A stretch of 64,000 nt of DNA from Azolla caroliniana (taxonomy: Eukaryota; Plantae; Polypodiophyta). Below are positions 55,223 through 64,000 of the stretch, piece by piece. Positions within the stretch are counted from its first letter, which is position 1. Each line of letters starts with the position of its first letter. Under the pieces are notes generated by a model that saw only the letters and a list, made by a program, of their open reading frames with translations, was not told the origin of the DNA and searched no databases. Made by a program: the position numbers and the translations under genes. The DNA lies in assembly GCA_043228905.1 (NCBI GenBank), contig JBHGNT010000005.1, positions 24,800,001-24,864,000 on the forward strand, in the 5' to 3' direction.

Positions 55223-58200
55223 TTTTTTTTTTTTTAGTAACAATTTTATTACTAGTGGGAAACCTCAAAGTGAGATGAAAACCCACAAAGAATAAAGAAA
55301 AATATACAAGTGTCGATTAGACACTAAGGGCTTAAAAGCACTCAAAGCAAAGGTTGTAAATTTGGAGTGTGATGTCTCTAAGTTGTAGACAATAAAATAG
55401 AGATTGCCCGAGGGATTGCTTAAAGAAGCTAACTTCATGTAGTTGGTTCCGATCAAAGACATTATTATTGCGGGCTGTCCAAATGGTCCAAAGTGCCCAA
55501 AATCATGTCCATTGGAGAAAATAGGCATTGTCGGATAGGGCACATGGAATTTGTCCAAATATCCAAAAGTGTTTACCAAACCTTTGGCCAGGAAATTTGT
55601 GATAAAGAGATGTACTTAGTTTTTGTACAAATGTTGTAGTGAATGAACAAGTCCATAATAAGTGTGGGACTGTTTCCAATCGTCCACCACATCTTGCACA
55701 ATGCGGCGAGGCTATCGGTCTCTTTTGAAGATTCGACCCAGTCGGGAGCACACCCAATAAGCATCTCCATAGGAATACCTGTTGCTTAAGTGGAAGACCA
55801 AAGCTCTATAAGCTTACAAGCTTGTTATGCCACCAGGACTGCGTTTTGTGTAGGTTCCATAATGCGTTTGCATTTTTGTGAAACCATGGGATAGGTTGCA
55901 ACAACATATACACTGAATGTGTTGTAATGTTATGCATTGGAATAACAATGTTCCCTTTTTGTAACATCCAATCCTGAATGCTGCGATCTCCATTGAGAGG
56001 TGGCATAGGTACTAAGGAAAGCACCAACTCAGTGACTTGATTCCATATAACGCGATGATGTGGCCCAAGATTATAACGACATGTCATGTCATTGAAGTGT
56101 AATTAGTGACCTTGGTCATTTACCACATCTGCAATTGATTTCAGCCCCTTCTTTGCTAAAAAATAAGCTTTCCTAGGTTCTTGTTCAGCTAATGACTGTG
56201 GGAATATAGCACTCCAGTGTAAGCTTTTAAGGCGTAAAGAGTTCACTAATTCTAAATTCCTACCTCACCATTTTATGTGGTGCAATACGACCTTCCAGTG
56301 CTTTAGAAGCTTTGAGCTAAACGTACAACCTTTGATGTGCCCGTCAAGCTTTCCAAACACTACATCCCAATGATTAGTGTCCCATGAGCCAAATGACTTA
56401 GTTTTCAAATGATCAAACATATCTGATAACATTCTTGCACAAGGCAATGTTTTTTCAACAAATTTCGGCAATAAAGTAGCTTTTCTAGCCAACATATGCA
56501 AATGCAAATTAAGAAAATTTAGCCCTCCATTCAATTGTGGAGTGCATATCTTCTCTAGTGATAAAAGTCGTATACCTCTATGCGACTGCTTAGAGCACCA
56601 AAAGATACTTATGATTTCTGAGTTAATCTTTTGTATCATGTGTTTTGGCCAATCAATCATAATTAAGTAATACTGCATATAAGCCATGAATATTGATTGC
56701 ACTATCCTCAATCTGACATGGAGTGGCCATGTTGCAATCTTCCAATAGCTTAACTTTTGTCTCACTTTTTGCAGAACCCATTTAGCCTTTCTTTTCCCTA
56801 TTGCATTCCATCCCAATGGATAGCCAAGATGTCTAACCATTTCATTTGGGCTAAAAACCTGACATGGCCACAAAAGTTGATGCCAACTATATGGTGTCAA
56901 GGGTAGAAGTTTGGACTTGTTGAAGTTAACATGCAATCCAACAACCAATCCATACAATTTGAGGACATCCATAATCACCCTCATATCATTTGGATTGTTT
57001 TGTGATAGGAATGATGTATCATCTGCATATGCTTGAGTGACGAAATCATGTCCGTCTTTCATTTGCAAACCATGAAGTTGACCAATTGATACTAGATGAT
57101 CCATGTACAATAATAGTGGATGAGTTGCGATTGCATACAACAATGCACTTACAGGACAACCTTGCCGTATTGATTTGGCTAAGCTCCACGAATCTGTCAA
57201 TTCACCCTCAATAATGCATGAAGATGTGCTAGACCCATAAAGCCAATAGATTACTTGAGACATTTTCGGACCAAATCCTAGTTTGACCATTGTGGCTGCC
57301 ACAACATCCCATTGGATGTTGTCAAAGGCCATTTCAATGTCAATTTGCATGAGCAATACATCTTGTTTGGTGTATTTGGCATACTCCATTCCAATATAAG
57401 CATTAACAATATTATCTGTAATTTGCCTTCGAGGAATGAACCCGTATTGGTTTACGTGTATGCATCCCAACAAAGTGTCCTTAATACGATTAGCATTATC
57501 TTTGCAATAAGTTTGTAGATCACTCGCATGAGAGTGATTGGTCACCAATCCGAAAAAGATTCACGCAGTTTCTTTTTGGGTATTAATTTGACCAAACCTT
57601 CTTTCCATGAGATCGGCATATCCCATTGTTGCCAAGCATTATTTGCCATAGATAGGATTAAATCCTTAAGAACATCCCAAAATTCTGTAATGAACTCTAA
57701 CGTAATACCATCCCAACCAGGCGCTTTGCCTTTCCCGAGGCCCTTTCGAGCCACCAAGAGCCCCTCCATTGTGAATGTTGCATCCAAAGCAATAGCTTTA
57801 TCAACACAAATAGTGGGTTGAACTAGTGACAAGAATGTATCTCTAGCTTGTTTAACTGCATCTGTAACAACGACATTGTTCTCAAATATGTGAGAGAAGT
57901 GAGTTACACATTCCTTGGCTAGTTCAAGTCGGTTTGTAGTCCACAAATCATCACCAGTTTTGATGAAATTAATGGATTCCCTTTGGCGTATTAAATGCAA
58001 CCTTTTGAAGAAGGATTTAGAAGAGCATCCTTTGTCTTTCAATAGAATTTGTCTTGACCTAACTTGCCATTTTTCCAATTTATTTTTGTCATGTAGCATC
58101 AATGTGTCTTTGGCCATACATAATGCATCCTCTTCATGTAAAGTCAAAGATCTTCTATGTGCTAACTCCGTTAGGGCTTGCCAAGTAAATTTGGCTTGTT

Positions 58201-59630
58201 GAGTGTAATCTCTCTGTCTTGAGACATACCACTGCCCATACTCTTGTATTATTGTTTGTAATCTATGTACAAAATGTACCCATGCTATATCAACATCTAT
58301 GTTGACTTCTACATAAAGAGGAGGTATTATGTCATAGACCATCCTCTTGAAGAGTTCATGCTTGAGGTAACTGTTGTTAATGAGCATAAGTCTCTTCCTT
58401 TGGAGATGTACTTCATAGGAATGATTCCCAAAATCAAGGTCTAGCCAGACAGGAGCATGATCTGATAACTGCAAAGCATGATCTATATGCATTGTACATG
58501 TGAAATTTTCATACCGACTAGCATGCAACAAATACCATCTATCAAGCCTTGCATAGTATGCGGAGTGGGTGGTGTGATGAAAGGTAAAACCAGGAACATG
58601 TGGGTGTGTCATTTGCCATAAATGCCCCTAATCCAATGAGCTTTGCATATTATACCACTGACCTTGTTCCTCTCTCAACATATGTGAGTGCCCACTAGTG
58701 TTATCACTTGCATTTGGAGAGTTGTTGAAATCGCCACATATAAATGCATTTTGTGGCCATGGATAAGCACAAATGTCTTGCCAAAGTAAAGATCTATCCC
58801 TTAAGGCATTCGGGGCATATATTCCACCAAAATCATATGTCTCACCATTTATCATGCATTGCACAACCATCCACCTCCCATGTTGATCATTATAGGCAAC
58901 CGTAGGATTTAGCTCATGTTTTATTACCATAAGCACTCCAGATGTTGTACCTTGTCCTGCATAGAAAATGTCAAAACCTCGAAATGTACCAAGTTAACCA
59001 CTGAATTCAACTTGTTTATGTTCTTGAACACAAATTACATCTGCTTGAGAAGAGGTAATATAGTTCCAAAATAATTTCCATTTACTAGGGTTACAAAGAC
59101 CCCGTATATTGAAGGAGACACATTTGACTTGTTTATGCATGGTTATTATGGTTGAAGATATAAAACAAAGCAAAATACTAATCTGACTACATATTAGTAT
59201 CACCGCCATGCTTATTTGCATGAAGCCTAATATCTGCATTTGATCCATCTTTGTAAATGTCCACATATGAGCCTCTACTCACCCTTTTCCATGCTTCCGA
59301 GATTGAAGAGAGCATTGAAGCATTAATTTGTAAAGATGAACCTTGATTCTCAAGTGTGTGAGTGTAGTTTCTCACCACCACAAGCGTCTTACTTCGAAAG
59401 GATTTCTTAGATATTTGCCAACCTTCATTGTTCTCTTTGTCCACATCAAAGGCTTGTTTCAAATCGTGCAGGTTTGATTGCACATTACCAATTGTCTGCT
59501 AGACTTTACTTTTCCCTTTGTCTTGTACTCTCGATTTCTGAATTAGTTGCATCATAGATTGGTTTGTTGCCTTTGAAAAAGAAACCGGGCTATTTTCTTT
59601 CAATGATGCACGTTTCAACATTGCGGTTTC
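55223..59630 (-). mobile_element. L1-type LINE, decayed: ORF1 tail, ORF2 (endonuclease from 59140, RT, zf-RVT) and poly(A) tail
   Basis: SFNIRGL, CVQEHK, ICGDFN, RLDRW, SDHAPV, KAPGWDG, IRQGCPVS, YADD, CARCGGRLETVPHLLWTC; AATAAA followed by A13 at 55235-55223; several stops and frameshifts. Confidence 0.93.
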
Positions 59631-61272
59631 TGTAGAGAATAGCGCGGACTATTGCTTGGCCACAACCAAGTCTTGAATCACTTCAATGAGAATGAAAACA
59701 CAGAAATGGGAATAGAGATGAATACTCGTACACCAAAAGGAAGTACACAGGATGTTTATGTGGAAAACCATGAATGGGAAAAACCACGGGAGCCCACAGA
59801 CTCCAATTATCACCATATGAGAACGGTACAATTAGAGACTCGGAGGCAACTACCTCGAGCTTTGTACCTTCGCCAAGCAGCGGTTACAACTGAGTATTGC
59901 TCTGTATCTCACTCTCTCACTCTCTTCCTCTCTCTCTATACAACAGTTATACACATACAACAATATGACTACGACCACTCTAAAGTGATTGCCCTAAGTC
60001 ATATTTATACTTATATGAACATAGGGCTATTTACAAATATAGCCTCAATAGGCTTATCCAAAACATATTTACAAATATGTCTTCTCTTTCGGTTCTCACC
60101 GGGTCTAACCGATCCGTTTTCCGGATCTCTTCTGGTTCTCACCGGTGTCGTGAAGATTTTCGACGATAGTGTGAAACTTGTGAGGAACATACGAAATCGA
60201 GTGTGGTTCTTCTCACGAAATATGAAACAATAATAGTGAAGATACTATTTTAAATAAGTTCAATATCTAGATACAAAAAGATGGAGGTCTTGAAGAGCTT
60301 TTGAATGCACTTTGCTACATAACAAACGGTCAACTAAGTGTGAAGTTATGTGGGTATGAAATTGCGAAAAAAGAAAAGAAAAGAAAAGAAACAAACCTGT
60401 GAGATGTCCCACATAGATAGGACAAACAAGGATCGTACAATATATAAAGCAAAGCCAAAAGTTATTATTTTGTGTTTATGTGGGGAGCATAGAGAGTTAA
60501 TCAAATGAATGGGTGTGGCCTAGCTACTTGCAAAGGTTTTGGCCAACCAAAACCGAGGCGGCGGCAACCAGTGACCGACTGATGACAGAACTGGCTCAGG
60601 ATGTGAACCAAACGGGTGCAAATCGAATGGATTGTGGTGCATGGTTTCTTAAAGATATTTGGTGTAATTACAAGACCAAAAGCCTAATAGTATTTTGTGC
60701 TTTAAAAAAGGATGTATGCAAGACTTGAACATTGCACCTCCAAGTTGAGAGTCTATAAGCTTACCATTAAGCCAAATCATTTCTTTAGGGATATATTTTA
60801 CTATACTTTTACGTGTAATTCTCATACATGAGAGCTTAGATGATGATATGGCAAGCATGCATTTCATGCATTCCGGGCATGACTTGCACCCTCACATGCA
60901 CCATATGCATGGGGGCATCTATAAAAGAGTGGAGGAATCAAGCAAGTGGGGAATGAATTTTTTTTTTGGAATGTCAATTTTGGGGAAAATAATAAGAAAA
61001 CTTGTTATCCTATTGATATATCTTGTTTCACAAATCTAAAGTCAAGCGTTCAATCTTTATCTTAATCTCTCTCTCTTTCAATCTATCTTAAATACTCTCT
61101 CACTAAAGCTAGTGCAAACTTTGAATCCTTCCGGTCCAGGACCCCGGTGGTTCCGCCTCACGATTCGCACCTAGTGACAGATCTTCACGACACCGGGTCC
61201 ATCCGATCCAGTTTCCTGGTCTCTTCCGGTTCTCATCGGGTCCTCTTCATTCATCATCGAGTCCCATCCGGA
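59631..61272 (-). mobile_element. Copia LTR related to the 7023 family, reverse orientation, split by a nested element and truncated at its 5' end
   Basis: 59650-60145 is the reverse complement of motifs in LTR 7023-7589 (ATGACTTAGGGCAATCACTT, GAGCTCGAGGT.GTTGCCTC, GGTTGTGGCC). The CCGGAT-rich U3 continues at 61193-61272. Confidence 0.85.
60146..61192 (+). mobile_element. Solo-LTR-like element (1047 bp) with 12-bp terminal inverted repeat and 4-bp TSD
   Basis: TGTCGTGAAGAT...ATCTTCACGACA, flanked by CCGG on both sides; CTATAAAAG near 60919. Confidence 0.85.
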
Positions 61273-61274
61273 GC

Positions 61275-64000
61275 TTTGGCCCACTCTTCAGAATATTCGA
61301 GAAGTTCGATCATTCCTTGGTTTTGTCGGGTTTTTGCGAAAATCCCTTCGTAATTACTCCCAATTGACGACGCCGTTTACTGATCTTTTAAAAGGTCAAA
61401 CATGTAAGTCTGCAAAACCTATTGTCTGGAATGCTACACTAGACCTCGCCTTTAAGGAACTCAAGGACCTGGTATGCAAGGCTCCTTCACTTCTTTTACC
61501 TGATCCTTCAAAACCTTTTGAGGTTGAAACCGATGCAAGCGATTATGCTATAGGTGTTGTCTTATATCAAGATAGTAAACCAATAGCATTCGAGAGTAAG
61601 AAACTTGCTTCTGCTCAATGTCGGTATACCGTTCAAGAAAATGAATTATTTGCAGTTATACATATGCTCAAAACATGGCGCCATTATCTTTATGGAAATC
61701 ACTTTGTGGTAACAACGGACCACGAGTCCTTGAAATATTTTTGTGACCAACAAGACCTGAAAGATCGTAAGGCACAATGGGCTGATCTCATCCAGGACTT
61801 TGATTTTTCCATATGATATCGTAAAGGTTCCATGAATACTGTCGCTGATGCACTAAGTCGCATCCGTGAAGTTAACATGTTTAGCTTCACTGAAATAACA
61901 TCAAATCTTTATGATCACCTTCGAGGAAAGTATCCTGATGACAGTTATTTTGCAAAATATTGGGCAAGAGTTGAGTTTGGAACAAACACCACCACATCCT
62001 CGAAGGAATACTTCCACATTGCTAACGGTCTGCTCTACCGTAATGGGAAGGTTTGTGTTCCAGATTTACCCAGGGTCAAAAAGAGGATTCTTTTTTAATG
62101 CCATGATGCACCCTCAGCAGGGCACCCTGGAATACATCGTACACGCGTTCTCATCTCCACTCAATTTTATTGGCCAAAGATGTGTCCTGACATACATAGT
62201 TATGTGACTAAATGTCACCAATGTCAGGTTAACAAAGCCGAGTGACTTAAAGCCGCATGACTTTTACATCCCTTGGACATTCCCAATAATAAGTGGGAAA
62301 GTATATCCATGGATTTTATTGTTAGCCTTCCTCGCACCCAAAAAGGCCATGATGCCATCTGGGTTGTGGTTGATCGACTAACTAAAATGGCCAGATTTAT
62401 TGCTACTAAAACCACGGTAACAGCTCATGAATTGGGTTACCAATTCAGTGACGAGTTATTTCATTTTTATGGCTTACCGATGGATATCGTGAGTGATGGA
62501 GATCCAAAATTTACTAGTGACTTCTGGATGCAAGTTTTTAAGAAGTTAGAAACTACGTTCAACATGAGCTCCACAGATCATCCTCAATCCGATGGACAAA
62601 TAGAACGAGTAAAGCAAATTATTAAGAACATGCTTCGAGCATATGTTGGTGCAAAACCAACAAAATGGGAACATTATCTCCAAAATTTGGAGTTTGCTTA
62701 TAACAACTCAACGGGATATAGTCCTTTTATGTTGATGGATGGTTTTCAGCCACGAGCCCCGATTGATGTTAATATACATCATGATGAGTTGCGAAGTACG
62801 CAAAACTTTCTTCGGGATATGCAAGATATGTTGCATATTGCACGAGATAATATAAAAATAGCTCAAGATAGAGCCCGTTTTTATGCCGATCATCATAGGC
62901 AAACTTGTGTATTCAACCCTGGACAGAAGGTATTTTTACGTGTACCGCACAATTCTAAGACATTGTCTACGGGTAAGTGCACTAAGTTAGCCCCATGGTT
63001 TTGTGGACCTTTTACCGTCCTCAAACGCATCGGGTCATCAACCTATCGTATCGCTCTTCCCGATGGTGTTGGAATTCATCCAGTCTTTCATGTGAGTCGT
63101 CTAAAAGAACTTTTAGGTTCTGGCAAGAATACAGTTACAACTGAAACTCTGGTTACTTCTGAAGAATTATCTTCTAAACCACATGTACTAGAAAGAATTC
63201 TCGATGTTAAAACAAAAAAATTACATATTAAAGAAATCCGAGAATTTAAAATAAAATGGATGAGTAAATCAATAAAAGATGCCACATGGGAACGCGAAAA
63301 TACTCTCAGAACTAACTTCCCTAACTTTCCATTGCAAGAGTGCAATGTTTTAAAGAGGGGGAGTATGTTACGGGCATGACCATATAATATCCTGTGGTGA
63401 GAATTTACCGTAGTATTATATACACGTGGATAAGTGTGAGGGTTAAACGAGAGTGTAAAGAAGGGGAGGATTACTTTTAATCCTCGGGATTGAGACAACC
63501 CATTAGGCCAAGTGTGAGCATGGCTGGGGGCCTTGGGTATCGCTATAAATAAGAGGCCTAGCTACCCTCATTGGATTATCTTGTTGACTATGTCAAGATT
63601 TTGTCTTGTGGTGGGTCAACTCTTGTAGCGAGCACGCCAGCACTAGGTACGACTCGACGCCACGACGGTGGTATGGGACGCCGATCAAGGCTCGAGTCCG
63701 TCTCGATCCCTTCGCTCGGGGGTGGTCGGGTGGATCGGCACCCTTCTTTCTCTCTCTCCTTTCTTTCTATCTACCTAGATCTATCCTTATCTAATAGTTA
63801 CTTTAGTACATGTCTCTAATACTTATGATGGGATAGTAAATGTCTTGCTTGGCAAAGGCCCATCCCATGTCTTCCTAGCCTCTACAAAGTCCTCTACTAA
63901 ACTATCCTGCAACCATTTTGTATCTACGGGATCTTCTATAATTTCTTTCCTCTTCTTATTCCATACAGAAGATGATTGAACCATCCTTGACAACAATAAT
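61275..64000 (+). mobile_element. 5'-truncated Ty3/Gypsy chromovirus: RNase H, integrase, chromodomain, PPT and 3' LTR from 63366
   Basis: WPTLQNIREVRSFLG, FEVETDASDYAIG, WESISMDFI, GPF module, HPVFHVSRLK, chromodomain ERILD...IKW...DATWE; PPT AAAGAGGGGGAG then TGTTACG; TATA CTATAAATA at ~63543. LTR right end uncertain (~63992 or beyond the window). Confidence 0.93.

Noticed and set aside
63591-63992. TGTCAAG...CTTGACA inverted ends suggesting a nested solo LTR
   Set aside because: Flanks GACTA/ACAAT do not form a TSD; more simply part of the Gypsy 3' LTR.

Overview
Eukaryotic land-plant nuclear DNA. The long TE-filled introns and TE spectrum suggest a non-flowering plant such as a fern, but this is inference. 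Three intact host genes were reconstructed exon by exon from splice signals: a long-chain fatty alcohol oxidase (FAO, GMC oxidoreductase, minus strand, 3 exons, ~799 aa), ATG12 (minus strand, 5 coding exons, 89 aa) and a somewhat divergent actin (plus strand, 4 coding exons, 377 aa). A possible first exon of a fourth gene runs off the left edge. The rest is a layered TE landscape. It includes a full-length Copia with TSD carrying a nested solo LTR, and a very young Copia (2 LTR mismatches by eye, one in-frame TGA at a conserved Trp) nested in an older Copia. It also has a chromodomain Gypsy, several LINE remnants, two hAT-type MITEs with perfect 8-bp TSDs plus a third incomplete one, a Tc1/mariner-type element, tRNA-like SINE fragments, and two related solo-LTR-like elements with apparent 4-bp TSDs. 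The most notable observations concern splicing architecture: a probable ~14-kb TE-packed 5'UTR intron in ATG12, a consensus splice donor overlapping the ATG12 start codon, and tandemly duplicated splice acceptors at two introns of the actin gene. No CRISPR, rRNA or convincing tRNA gene was seen, and I cannot claim a wholly new system from sequence alone. All alignments and counts were done by eye.
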